DNA of 64,000 nucleotides from Candidatus Forterrea multitransposorum CG_2015-17_Forterrea_25_41 (GCA_009392915.1 CP045477.1:96001-160000); one strand, 5' to 3'; shown: positions 36,792 to 46,518, numbered from the stretch's first letter. Notes: a model not told the origin generated them from the sequence alone. Program-made: numbers and translations.

Positions 36792-38186
36792 ATGAACAAA
36801 AATTTAACAAAATTATTTTTCTGGATATTTGGTATAATATTCAGTGGAATTTTTTATTTTTTCTCAAAAACATCTACTTCTTTATCATATATTAATGAAA
36901 TTAAGTTTCTTCCATACGTAATAATGTTAATAATTATTTTGTTATTTTTCTTAATTGGTATTTTATTTTCGAAAATACCTTTTTTTTGGTATTCAAAATT
37001 TAGAAAATCCAATCTTAATGAAGTTTTATCTGAAGTTGATGTAAAAAAAACTGAAGAAAATATTGATCAATTAATTGATAAATTAAAAGATGCTATAAAA
37101 AATATTAGTAAAAGTAATTATTCTCAAATATCTATAAATTATTTAATAAAGAATGTAGGTATTTCAAAAGAAAGTGCAGATGGAATTATTAAAAATATAA
37201 AGAGATTAAAAAGATTAAAAACTTTATCAATAGCTTTAGGAATTATAATTTCTTTAGGTTTATATTTTTTTGTAAGTAGTTTACCAGTATTTAATATTAT
37301 TCCAAATTATGTGTTTATAATATCTGCAGTAATTATTTTTCTTTTATTTGTTTTAGAAGGTTATTTAATTACAAGAATGCCTGATTCATTTTATTTAAAT
37401 TTAATTAATATAAATAAAGAAAAAATATTAGAAGTTAAAAGAGAATCTTTAGAAAAAGAAGAAAAGTTAAATAATTATAATCAAAAACAAAAAGGTTTGT
37501 TAGATAATATTCAAAAAGCAACTAAATTTCTTTTATCTCAAGATGTAAGTAAAGAAGCAATTTCTAATTTCTTTAGTAAATATGATGTTGATCAGTCTAC
37601 AATTTCAAAATTTATTGAACTTTCAGAAAAAGAATTAAATATTGAAAAGAATAATTCTGGAAAAGTTTTATTTAATGCAAAATCAGATTCTGCAATAAGA
37701 TTAACTCTTTCTAAAATACACGATAGTTTTGAACAAATTAATCAAATATATAATGAAGTTTCAAAACTTCAAAAAGAAGTAAGTGATATTTCTCAAAGAC
37801 AAGAAAAACTTGAAAAAATGTCAACTATTAGTGTTTCAAAAGAAGTTAAAAAACTTAAAAAAGAACCAATAATGTCAAACAAGTATAAGGATTTAAAAAA
37901 AGCAGATCCTAAAGAAATTAAAGAATTGTTAGATAAAAGAAATGAAGAATATGATAAACTTATAAGTTATTTATATCACTTGTTCTTACCATCTGTTGAA
38001 ACTTCTTCTCAAAATGATGTTTTTTCTACATTAGTTTATTATGGTTATCCTTATGAGATTGTAGAAGATGTTTTACAAAAGTTTAAAGATAAAAAAATTA
38101 ATTTCGGGAAAGATAAAAAAGTATCTTTCTCTGAAAAATTAGTAAATAAAATTAATGGTTTTTATGAATTATTTGCCTCTAAATAA
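36792..38186 (+). CDS. uncharacterised 4-TM / coiled-coil protein, paralog A (see 49583-50956)
   Basis: Two TM hairpins separated by a helical loop, a long K/E-rich helical region, and a small C-terminal domain. Clear by-eye paralogy with the 457-aa ORF at 49583. Confidence 0.6.
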   Translation: MNKNLTKLFFWIFGIIFSGIFYFFSKTSTSLSYINEIKFLPYVIMLIIILLFFLIGILFSKIPFFWYSKFRKSNLNEVLSEVDVKKTEENIDQLIDKLKDAIKNISKSNYSQISINYLIKNVGISKESADGIIKNIKRLKRLKTLSIALGIIISLGLYFFVSSLPVFNIIPNYVFIISAVIIFLLFVLEGYLITRMPDSFYLNLININKEKILEVKRESLEKEEKLNNYNQKQKGLLDNIQKATKFLLSQDVSKEAISNFFSKYDVDQSTISKFIELSEKELNIEKNNSGKVLFNAKSDSAIRLTLSKIHDSFEQINQIYNEVSKLQKEVSDISQRQEKLEKMSTISVSKEVKKLKKEPIMSNKYKDLKKADPKEIKELLDKRNEEYDKLISYLYHLFLPSVETSSQNDVFSTLVYYGYPYEIVEDVLQKFKDKKINFGKDKKVSFSEKLVNKINGFYELFASK

Positions 38187-38189
38187 AAA

Positions 38190-39479
38190 CTATATTAATT
38201 TTACTTTTTGTATTTTTGAAAAACTATAAAGTGAGCTTCCAAAGAACTTTTGTTCTTTTGAAAATTCTATTTCTTTAAATAGTTCTTTTAAATTACCTGT
38301 TAAATTTAAGTTTGTAATAGTTTCCTTAAAATTACCATCTTTAATAACCTTTCCAGAAGATATTGTTAATGAAAAGTCACCAGTTGTTATTTTGTTTGTG
38401 TGAAACCCTAAAATCTCATAAACTAAGATTCCTTTTTTAGTTTTTGATATCATATCTTCTATTTTTTTAGTACCTGCTTCTTGTATTAAGTTTGTATATT
38501 CTGGATTAAATCCATTTTCAAGGAATGCATTTCCAGTTGGTTTTTTATTATATTTTATACTTTCATAAAGATTATAGATTGGTTTTCTAAAAATACCTTT
38601 ATTAATTATATTTTTCTTAGAAGTCTTAAATCCTTCATCATCTATTCTTGAAGAATTTAAAAAATAATCAATAGTTGGATCTTCTTTTAGATTTATGTTT
38701 TCAGAAAATATTTTTTTTCCTAAAGAATCGTGTAAAAAACTATTTTTCTTTTCAATAGCTTCTCCTTTTGTTCCTGAAAGAATAAATTCAAAAAATTCTC
38801 TTGTAATTTCTGGAGTAAATATTAAAGTGTATTCTCCTTTTTCACCATTTACAGGATCCATTAAAGTATATGCATTATGTTTTGCTTGCATAAATGTTTG
38901 ATTAATGTCAATATCTTCTTTTTTTGTAAATATTGAAGAAAAATCACCAGATGATTTTTTTTTATTTTTTGTAATTACTAGAGATGATAGTGAAATAAAA
39001 TCAATTTTATTTTCTTTACTAAGATAAGGATTTATAAAAAAACTTTCTATATGGTTTTTTGAAACACCTCCAAGATATCCTTGAATATATTTATCTTTAG
39101 TTAAGTTTTCTTTAATTTTTTCTAAAGTTTTTGAAAAATCTATTTTTTCTATTTCTGAATCATATTTTATTTTCTTATTATTAATATCTTTTCCAAAATT
39201 TTCAAACTTAACTTCTGATTTTTTATTTCTGGCAATATCTTTTGCTTTCTTAACACCTTTTTCAATTTTTTCTTTTGTAATTCCTTGTATGCTGTAGGAA
39301 CCTATTTTTCCTTTATCTATAACTCTTATAAATAATCTATCTATGTTATTCATTCTATAATTTTCAATTGAGAAATTTCTAAATTCTCCTTTTTCACTTT
39401 CATTTTTTATATATTTAAAAGTAACTTCTTCTTTTTTACTTATTTTTTCACAATAATTAAATATTTCTTCTTTATTCAT
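38190..39479 (-). CDS. pmbA: TldD/PmbA-family protein (PmbA-like subunit)
   Basis: Size, 8-nt overlap with the upstream tldD-like gene, and C-terminal ..GILVYEILGFHT.N..TGDFS..SGK.I.DG pattern of PF19289/PF01523 proteins. Lacks HExxxH. Confidence 0.75.
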   Translation of the reverse strand: MNKEEIFNYCEKISKKEEVTFKYIKNESEKGEFRNFSIENYRMNNIDRLFIRVIDKGKIGSYSIQGITKEKIEKGVKKAKDIARNKKSEVKFENFGKDINNKKIKYDSEIEKIDFSKTLEKIKENLTKDKYIQGYLGGVSKNHIESFFINPYLSKENKIDFISLSSLVITKNKKKSSGDFSSIFTKKEDIDINQTFMQAKHNAYTLMDPVNGEKGEYTLIFTPEITREFFEFILSGTKGEAIEKKNSFLHDSLGKKIFSENINLKEDPTIDYFLNSSRIDDEGFKTSKKNIINKGIFRKPIYNLYESIKYNKKPTGNAFLENGFNPEYTNLIQEAGTKKIEDMISKTKKGILVYEILGFHTNKITTGDFSLTISSGKVIKDGNFKETITNLNLTGNLKELFKEIEFSKEQKFFGSSLYSFSKIQKVKLI

Positions 39480-40860
39480 GTTTTGTACCCCCTACAATAA
39501 CATTTTCTATTTTAATTAAGGGGCTACTTCCACTTACAAAAGCTGTTTGCCCATTTTTTCCACAATACCCAAATTCAAAATTTCCAACCTTGTTTGAAAT
39601 TTCTGTTATTTTATTTAAATATTTTAAAATATCTCCAGATATTGATGCTTGTTTATATTTATTTATAATTTCTCCATGTTTATATTCATAAGCTTGTCTA
39701 ATTCCAAACATAAATGTTCCAATATTTGTATCTACTTCTCCACCTGAAAATCCTTTAAGTAAAAATCCAGTGTAATCTGATAACATATCTTTTACTTTAG
39801 TTGTTCCTTCTTTAAAATATGTGTTGCTCATTCTAACTATAGGAAGATAATTATAGTTTTCACTTCTTGCAGAACCATTTGAAACTTCATTTAATTTTGT
39901 TGCAGTTGTAATATCTGTCATAAACTCATTTACAACTCCATTTTTAATAAGATCTACTTTTTTTGATTTAATTCCTTCATCATCATATTTAAAATATCCA
40001 AAATCTTTTTTCTCTGGATTATCTATAATATTTACTTCTTTGTTATTTGAAACTTTTAATCCTTTTTTAAGAACTGTTGTTTTATCTATTAAAAAATCTC
40101 CTTCACAAGCATGACCTATTGCTTCATGTGCTAAAAGTTCACCAACATCTGGACTTAAAATAATATCTGTTGTAATTGCAGGACATGGTTTTGATTCTAA
40201 TAATTCTTGAAGTGTTCTTCTATTTTCAAGAACCGTTTTCATTTTATCTTCTTTGTTAAATATTTCAAGACCACCTAGATTTCCAAGTCTATCTACATTA
40301 GTTTCTATTTGGTTATTTCTTTTTCCTGTTATTTTTGAATAAAACACAGTATATGGTCTTTTTTGATGTATTTCTGAATCGTTTGTTAAAAAGTATTTTT
40401 CAATTTCTGTTTCTTTATAAATTATTTCTGAATTTAGTATGTTTATATCTCTATTACTTGTTTTTAATATTTCTTTATTAATTTCATTAAATTCTTTTAT
40501 TTTTTGAGAATTTGAAATACTTTCAAAATCTTTATATTTTAAAATATCTTTTCCTTTATTTGTGGAATAATTCTTAAATTCTGTTTTTTTATTTATTTTT
40601 TTTGTATTTTCAATAACTCTATCTATTTTTTCTTTATATTTTGAAAATTCATTTAATGCTAAGAAACCTACTTTTTTATCTACAATTATTCTAATTCCAA
40701 TTCCTTCAGTTTCTTTTTCAATAAGTTCTTTTGTAGAAGTATTTTCAACATCTATTATTCTATTTTTATGTTTTTCAAACCTTACTTCAAAATAATCAAG
40801 GTTTTTTGTATTTAGATATTTTTTAATATCATAAAGCATAGGTATTATTTTTTTATCCAT
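39472..40860 (-). CDS. tldD: TldD-family metalloprotease
   Basis: HEAIGHACEGD (HExxxH of TldD) and C-terminal GxC ..GYCGKNGQ..VSGSSP.. motif. Confidence 0.85.
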   Translation of the reverse strand: MDKKIIPMLYDIKKYLNTKNLDYFEVRFEKHKNRIIDVENTSTKELIEKETEGIGIRIIVDKKVGFLALNEFSKYKEKIDRVIENTKKINKKTEFKNYSTNKGKDILKYKDFESISNSQKIKEFNEINKEILKTSNRDINILNSEIIYKETEIEKYFLTNDSEIHQKRPYTVFYSKITGKRNNQIETNVDRLGNLGGLEIFNKEDKMKTVLENRRTLQELLESKPCPAITTDIILSPDVGELLAHEAIGHACEGDFLIDKTTVLKKGLKVSNNKEVNIIDNPEKKDFGYFKYDDEGIKSKKVDLIKNGVVNEFMTDITTATKLNEVSNGSARSENYNYLPIVRMSNTYFKEGTTKVKDMLSDYTGFLLKGFSGGEVDTNIGTFMFGIRQAYEYKHGEIINKYKQASISGDILKYLNKITEISNKVGNFEFGYCGKNGQTAFVSGSSPLIKIENVIVGGTKHE

Positions 40861-40952
40861 GTAATATTAGTGTATAGTTACTTTTTTAAAACAATATTTA
40901 GTATAATTATTTATATACAGTAATTTAAATTATAGTGTTATATGATACAAAC

Positions 40953-41489
40953 ATGAAACAAACAAAGCTATCTGACTTTAAGCTTAAAAAACCTAGTTTT
41001 TTTAATAGTTTAATAGTTTATAAGAAAACTTCTTTTATCTATAAAATCTATTATTGGTTAATGGACTTTAAGTTGTTCTATAAAAATAAAAAAACTCTTA
41101 AATATCTAGTCATAGGTCTTTCAGGAGAAATTATTGATTTTTCATTTTTACTTTTATTTACAGAAGTTTTTAATATTTTTTATCTATTATCAGCTGTTAT
41201 TGCATATTTTTTTGCTATAATAAATAATTTCTTTTTAAATGTGATATTTACTTTTAAATATAAACCTTTAAATAAATCTGAATTAATTGGTGCTTTATTT
41301 AATTATTTTCTAGTCTCTTTATTTGGTTTTATATTAAGTGTTTTATTGATATTTGTTTTTGTTGAAGTCTTAAATATTTATTATTTAATTGGTAAAGTCT
41401 TTTCTTCAATAATTGTTTTTATTATGATATATACTGGTCATAATTTTGTGTTTTCAAGAAAAAAATTATCAATTTGTAAATTCAATTAA
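40953..41489 (+). CDS. GtrA-like membrane protein
   Basis: Four TM helices with YLVIGLSGEIIDFSFL..F and ..NNFFLN..FTFK typical of GtrA (PF04138). ATG 40953 (track GTG 40935). Confidence 0.65.
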   Translation: MKQTKLSDFKLKKPSFFNSLIVYKKTSFIYKIYYWLMDFKLFYKNKKTLKYLVIGLSGEIIDFSFLLLFTEVFNIFYLLSAVIAYFFAIINNFFLNVIFTFKYKPLNKSELIGALFNYFLVSLFGFILSVLLIFVFVEVLNIYYLIGKVFSSIIVFIMIYTGHNFVFSRKKLSICKFN

Positions 41490-41538
41490 AAAGAACAATT
41501 ATATTTGTTTTGTTATAATATAATATATGTGATATATA

Positions 41539-42879
41539 ATGAAAAACTTAACAACTGACGATATTGGTAAAATCATAGAAATCAAAAGAAAAGTAAATAA
41601 TCAAGAGATAACTCATAAAGGTTATTTAGTTGAAATCTTAAATGATTCTTTAAAAGTTAAGCTTTTAGATAATGGTTATAATATAAGTATTTTTTCAAAA
41701 GAAATTTCTTCTTTTTCTTTAGATGAGTCTAAAGTTTCTTTAGGAAAAGTTAATTCTAAAGACTTTAAAGAAAATTCTTCTCTTCCAAATATTGTATATA
41801 TTGGAACAGGTGGAACTATTGGAACACATGTTGATTATGTTACTGGTGGAGTTACAATGTCAAGAACTCCTCAAGAAATAATTTCTACAACACCTGAACT
41901 TGAAAATATAATTAATATTAAAAAAATAGAATCTCCTTTTAGAAAAGCATCAGAAGACATTTATTATAAAGATTGGCTTGTTTTATCTGAAGTTGTTTTT
42001 AAATATTTAAATGATCCTTCAATTGACGGAATAATTATAACTCATGGAACAGATACTTTATCTTTTACAGGGAGTGCACTTTCTTTTTTAATTGAAAACA
42101 TAAATAAACCTGTTCTTTTAGTTGGTGCTCAAAGATCTCCTGATAGAGCAAGTTTTGATGGATCTTTAAATCTTATTTGTGCAGCTCGTTTTGTAAAGGA
42201 AAAAATACCTGGTGTTTTTACTGTTATGCATGGTTCTATTAATGATGATTTTTGTTCAGTTATTAAAGCTGTTAAATCTAGAAAAATGCATACTTCTAGA
42301 AGAGATGCTTTTATTCCAGTAAATGATATTGTTTATGCAAAAGTTTTTTCTGATGGTAAAATAGATTTTTTAAAAAAAGAAATTTTTTCAAAAGATAAAA
42401 TTCCTTTATTAAATAAAGAATATGAAGAAAAAGTAGCACTTATAAAAATACATCCAAATATTGATCCTTCAATAATTGATTGGTATATTGAAAAAGGTTA
42501 TAAAGGAATTATTTTTGAAGGAACTGGTTTAGGTCATGTTCCAACTGCAGAAAATAATGATTCTATTCTTCCTTTAAAATATCAGTTTATACCTTATATT
42601 AAAAAAGCAATTGAATCTAAATTAATTGTAGTTATGTCTTCCCAATGTCTTTTTGGAAGAGTAAATAATAAAGTTTATTCTAACCTTAGATATCTTTCTC
42701 AAGCAGGTGTTGAATATTTAGATTCTCATGACATTTTACCAGAAGTTTTACAAATAAAACTTTCAGTTGCTTTAAAAAAATTTAAACCAAAAGAAGAAAT
42801 AATTAAATATCTTAAGACCAATATTTCTGGCGAAATAACTTCTAAAGAAGTTCCTTCTTTTTATGATGAAGTTTTATAA
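41539..42879 (+). CDS. gatD: Glu-tRNA(Gln) amidotransferase subunit D
   Basis: Asparaginase-type motifs GTGGTIG and ITHGTDTL after an N-terminal AD1-like domain. Directly upstream of gatE. Confidence 0.9.
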   Translation: MKNLTTDDIGKIIEIKRKVNNQEITHKGYLVEILNDSLKVKLLDNGYNISIFSKEISSFSLDESKVSLGKVNSKDFKENSSLPNIVYIGTGGTIGTHVDYVTGGVTMSRTPQEIISTTPELENIINIKKIESPFRKASEDIYYKDWLVLSEVVFKYLNDPSIDGIIITHGTDTLSFTGSALSFLIENINKPVLLVGAQRSPDRASFDGSLNLICAARFVKEKIPGVFTVMHGSINDDFCSVIKAVKSRKMHTSRRDAFIPVNDIVYAKVFSDGKIDFLKKEIFSKDKIPLLNKEYEEKVALIKIHPNIDPSIIDWYIEKGYKGIIFEGTGLGHVPTAENNDSILPLKYQFIPYIKKAIESKLIVVMSSQCLFGRVNNKVYSNLRYLSQAGVEYLDSHDILPEVLQIKLSVALKKFKPKEEIIKYLKTNISGEITSKEVPSFYDEVL

Positions 42880-42900
42880 TGTTTATTAATATGATTTATT

Positions 42901-44823
42901 ATGATTAAAATTGATATAAATAATTTAGATTATGAAAAACTAGGCCTTATGTGTGGTCTTGAATTACATCAACAGTTAAACACAAATAAACTTTTTTGTA
43001 ATTGTCCTTCAAAATTAATTAATGATGATTTAAAGCCAGATAAAGTAATCCATAGACAATTAAGAGCAGTTTCTTCAGAGACTGGAGATTTAGATGTTAC
43101 TGCAAAAGAAGAACAAGATAAAAATAAAATTTTTAAATATCTTTTTTATAATTCTTGTAATTGTTTAGTTGAAACAGATTCACAACCTCCTTTAAATATT
43201 AATAAAGATGCTTTAAATATTGCTTTAGTTGTTTCTTTTTTAACAAATTCAGTTGTTGTAAATACTTCTCATGTTATGAGAAAACAAGTAATTAATGGTT
43301 CTAATGTTTCTGGTTTTCAGAGAACTACAATGATTTCAACTGATGGTTATCTTGATTTTAGTTTTGGAAAAGTAAGAATTGATAAAATTCTTTTAGAAGA
43401 AGATGCTGCTAGAACAATTGAAAAAACTGATTCTATTGTAACTTATTCTTTAGATAGGCTTGGTATTCCTTTAATAGAATTAGTTGCATGGCATGATATG
43501 CACACTCCTGAACAAGTTAAAGAAGTTGCATTATATCTTGGACAAATGTTTCGAAGTACTGGTAAAACTAAAAGAGGTTTAGGTTCAATCAGACAAGACA
43601 TTAATATTTCTATTAAAGATGGTTCTAGAGTAGAGATTAAAGGTTGTCAAGATCTTGATTTAATTCCAGAGATTGTTAATAGAGAGATTGTTCGTCAATT
43701 AAATTTAATAGATATTAAAAAAGAAGTTATTGAAAAAAATCTTACTTCATTTTCTTTAAAACCTATTATGATTAATGATTATTTTAAGCAAACTGATTCT
43801 AAAGTTGTTTTAAAATCTTTTTCAGAAAATAAAAATGCTTATTTATTTTTACTTCCTGGATTTAAGGGTTTTTTAGGTAGAGAAATTCAACCAAACAGAA
43901 GACTTGGAACTGAAATTGCAAGTGTTTTAAAAATGAGAACTACTCTAAAAGGTCTTTTCCATTTAGATGAACTTCCAAATTATGGTATTACAGAAAAAGA
44001 AGTTAATTTAATTAAAAAAGATTTTTCTGTTAAAGAAAATGATTCCTTTATAATTATTTTTTCTTCTGAAAATGAAATTTCTTCAGTTAAAAATGTAATT
44101 GAAGATAGACTTAATAAACTTAAAGACGGGGTTTTAAAAGAAACTAGAGCTTCAACTGTTGAAGGAAATACAGAATATCAAAGACCTCTTTCAACTTCTT
44201 CAAGAATGTATCCTGAAACTGATCTTTCACCAATTGTTTTTAATGAAGAATTATTAGCTTTAGCTAAAAAAGAAGTTCCTTTATCTTTAGAAGATAGAAA
44301 AAAATTATATGTTGATACTTTTAAACTAAGTTCACAACTTGCAGATAAAATGAAACTTAATAATTTTGCACCAATTTTTGAAAAAATAGTTTCTGAATAT
44401 AAAATTAATCCTACAACTCTTTCAGTATTTTTACTTGAAGATTTAATTAAAGCTTCAAGAGAAGGAGTTTTAGATCTTGATGATGTTAATGATTCTTTAT
44501 TAATTAATTTTTTTAAAACAAAAGATTTGTTTAACAGAATTAATAAAAATAAACTTTTAGATGTCTTTATTGAATTTTTAAAAAATCCTCTTGATTTAGA
44601 AAGAATTATTCAAGAAAATAAAAAAGAGGATTTATCTTTTGATGTATTAACTAATATTATTGATCAAGTAATAGATGAAAATAAAGATTTTATTTTAAAA
44701 CAAAAAGAAAGATCTTTAGGTTTATTGATGGGAAGAGTAATGTCTAAAACTGAAAATAAATATGATGGGAAAATTATTTCTCAAACAATTAAAGAAAGAT
44801 TAAATCTTTTTTTAAAAAATTAA
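42901..44823 (+). CDS. gatE: Glu-tRNA(Gln) amidotransferase subunit E
   Basis: MCGLELHQQL...KLFC.CP..., ..NVSGFQRT.., ..GSIRQDINISI.. GatB/GatE core with the archaeal insertion domain. 640 aa. Confidence 0.9.
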   Translation: MIKIDINNLDYEKLGLMCGLELHQQLNTNKLFCNCPSKLINDDLKPDKVIHRQLRAVSSETGDLDVTAKEEQDKNKIFKYLFYNSCNCLVETDSQPPLNINKDALNIALVVSFLTNSVVVNTSHVMRKQVINGSNVSGFQRTTMISTDGYLDFSFGKVRIDKILLEEDAARTIEKTDSIVTYSLDRLGIPLIELVAWHDMHTPEQVKEVALYLGQMFRSTGKTKRGLGSIRQDINISIKDGSRVEIKGCQDLDLIPEIVNREIVRQLNLIDIKKEVIEKNLTSFSLKPIMINDYFKQTDSKVVLKSFSENKNAYLFLLPGFKGFLGREIQPNRRLGTEIASVLKMRTTLKGLFHLDELPNYGITEKEVNLIKKDFSVKENDSFIIIFSSENEISSVKNVIEDRLNKLKDGVLKETRASTVEGNTEYQRPLSTSSRMYPETDLSPIVFNEELLALAKKEVPLSLEDRKKLYVDTFKLSSQLADKMKLNNFAPIFEKIVSEYKINPTTLSVFLLEDLIKASREGVLDLDDVNDSLLINFFKTKDLFNRINKNKLLDVFIEFLKNPLDLERIIQENKKEDLSFDVLTNIIDQVIDENKDFILKQKERSLGLLMGRVMSKTENKYDGKIISQTIKERLNLFLKN

Positions 44824-44838
44824 AAATGTGAATTATTT

Positions 44839-45348
44839 ATGGCTAAACATGATATTCTTTATGCTCCTTGGAGAAAAAAATATGTAACTTCAAATACTAA
44901 AAAAGAAAGTAAAAATCCTAAAACTTGTATTTTTTGTAAAGCTCCAAAAGAAGAGGTAATATTTTCAAGTAAAAAAATATTTCTTCAAGCAAATAAATAT
45001 CCTTATGGGGAAGGTCATCTTTTAGTAATTCCAAAAAGACATGTAAATCAAGTTATAGATCTAACTTCTAAAGAAAGAGAAGAATTATTTAATATGATTG
45101 ATCTTTCAGTTTATGCTTTAAATATTTTTATGAAACCTGAAGGTTATAATATTGGTTGTAGTATAGGTGATGTTGCTGGAGAAAGTATTAAACATTTGCA
45201 TTTTCATATCTTACCAAGATATAAAGGAGATGTTGCATGGTCAAGACTTTGTGATTTTGAAGTTGTTTCATTATCTCCAAATGAATTAGCTATTAGTCTT
45301 AAAGAAATTATTGAAAAAAATAAACTTGCAAAAAAATTTAATCTTTAA
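44839..45348 (+). CDS. HIT-family nucleotide hydrolase/transferase
   Basis: Histidine triad IKHLHFHILPR. N-terminal LYAPWRKKYV. Confidence 0.85.
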   Translation: MAKHDILYAPWRKKYVTSNTKKESKNPKTCIFCKAPKEEVIFSSKKIFLQANKYPYGEGHLLVIPKRHVNQVIDLTSKEREELFNMIDLSVYALNIFMKPEGYNIGCSIGDVAGESIKHLHFHILPRYKGDVAWSRLCDFEVVSLSPNELAISLKEIIEKNKLAKKFNL

Positions 45349-45475
45349 GTAAAATAGTTTGTTTTTTTATCTTTTTTTAAGTTTTTCTAAGGTTTATATG
45401 TAACCATTAGTTTTTAAATATATTTATACATTATATATATAAATTTTATATTTATGCTTTTTTGGTGATTAAGAT

Positions 45476-45961
45476 ATGTTTAAACTATTTAAGAAGACAA
45501 GAGTTACAGAAGTTGTTGAAATTGATGAGTCTACTATTTCTGAAATTAAAAGACCTAAAGTTGTTCAAGTAGAACAAAAGAACTATAGAGTTAAATCTAT
45601 TGATTGGTTAGAACAACATTATATAGTTGTTTCAGAAGTTGCATCTGGTAAAAAAACTGGTGCAAGACAACAAGGAAAATTTACTTTTGAAGGAAGACAG
45701 ATCTATAAGGATGATGTTACAAGAAAACTTTATAGTGATCTTTTAGATAATTATAGTTATTATGCTATGACTGTTAAAAGATATATTGTTGTTAGAAAAG
45801 AACTTGAGATTATTGATAAACAAAAAGATGAAGAATACTTAATTGCAGGTAGAGCGAAAGAATTTAATTTAGAAGCTTCAAGACTTGAGAATGCATTAAA
45901 TGTTTATCTAACAAATATTAATGTTATTAAAAATAAGATTAAGGATTATTTATATTCTTAA
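45476..45961 (+). CDS. hypothetical protein
   Basis: 161-aa ORF with GGTGA SD. Ordinary K/E-rich composition. No motif recognised. Confidence 0.5.
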   Translation: MFKLFKKTRVTEVVEIDESTISEIKRPKVVQVEQKNYRVKSIDWLEQHYIVVSEVASGKKTGARQQGKFTFEGRQIYKDDVTRKLYSDLLDNYSYYAMTVKRYIVVRKELEIIDKQKDEEYLIAGRAKEFNLEASRLENALNVYLTNINVIKNKIKDYLYS

Positions 45962-46008
45962 ATCTTTTTTCTATTTTCTTATAAAATTAGTTTTTTTTAA
46001 AAAATATT

Positions 46009-46203
46009 TTAAATCATTCCTTTTGCCATACCTTTGGTTGATCTTAAACATTTTTTATGCCAATACTGTCCACCCCATTTTTTATCACAACCTTTTTGGT
46101 TGCAAAGGGCGCATGTTTCATCAGGATATTTAGATTTTGAGAAATCTATTCTTTTTTCATTATCTTCTTTATTTTCTTTTTTTTTAAATAATCCAAATAC
46201 CAT
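46009..46203 (-). CDS. small Cys/His-rich protein (putative zinc-binding)
   Basis: 64 aa, CALCNQKGCDKKWGGQYWHKKC. Composition is protein-like, whereas the two overlapping + strand ORFs are F/L/I-rich shadows. Co-oriented downstream of tRNA-Gln(UUG). Confidence 0.45.
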   Translation of the reverse strand: MVFGLFKKKENKEDNEKRIDFSKSKYPDETCALCNQKGCDKKWGGQYWHKKCLRSTKGMAKGMI

Positions 46204-46238
46204 TTTTTTTCACAATTAGTTTTTTTTTAAAAAATTAT

Positions 46239-46310
46239 AGTCCGGAGGAGATTCGAACTCCTGTCGCCAGGTTCAAAGCCTGACATGCTTGGCCACTACA
46301 CTACCGGACT
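46239..46310 (-). tRNA. tRNA-Gln (anticodon UUG)
   Basis: Manual cloverleaf on the reverse complement. Acceptor AGTCCGG/CCGGACT, anticodon stem TCAGG/CCTGG, loop CTTTGAA, T arm AGGAG-TTCGAAT-CTCCT. Near-identical D and T arms to the tRNA at 27803. Confidence 0.9.
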
Positions 46311-46443
46311 ATTTTATTTAGCAAAGAAATATTTTCTTTTCTATTAATATCTAAAAAAGGAAGGGTTTTTATTTCTTTATTAAGTTAAATATTTAATAAT
46401 AGAAATATTTTTATATACTATTCTTTATAAATTAATATATAAA

Positions 46444-46518
46444 GGGAGTGTAGCTTAGTCTGGTTGGAGCACTCGACTGATAATCGAGAGGCCGCAGGTT
46501 CGAATCCTGCCATTCCCA
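46444..46518 (+). tRNA. tRNA-Ile (anticodon GAU)
   Basis: Acceptor GGGAGTG/CATTCCC, anticodon stem CTCGA/TCGAG, loop CTGATAA, T arm GCAGG-TTCGAAT-CCTGC, discriminator A. TTTATAAATT box about 20 nt upstream. Confidence 0.9.

Noticed and set aside
45476-45961. N-terminal MFKLFKK reminiscent of ESCRT-III/PspA-type N-termini
   Set aside because: The remainder (beta-looking YIVVSEV.., YAMTVKRYIVV..) does not resemble the all-helical ESCRT-III/Vipp1 fold, and no CdvA or Vps4 gene is adjacent.
45921-46219. Two + strand ORFs (70 and 61 aa) overlapping the small minus-strand Cys-rich gene
   Set aside because: Their sequences are hydrophobic and aromatic-rich with no SD or promoter. The minus-strand product has a plausible metal-binding pattern and normal composition. 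The call remains only moderately confident.
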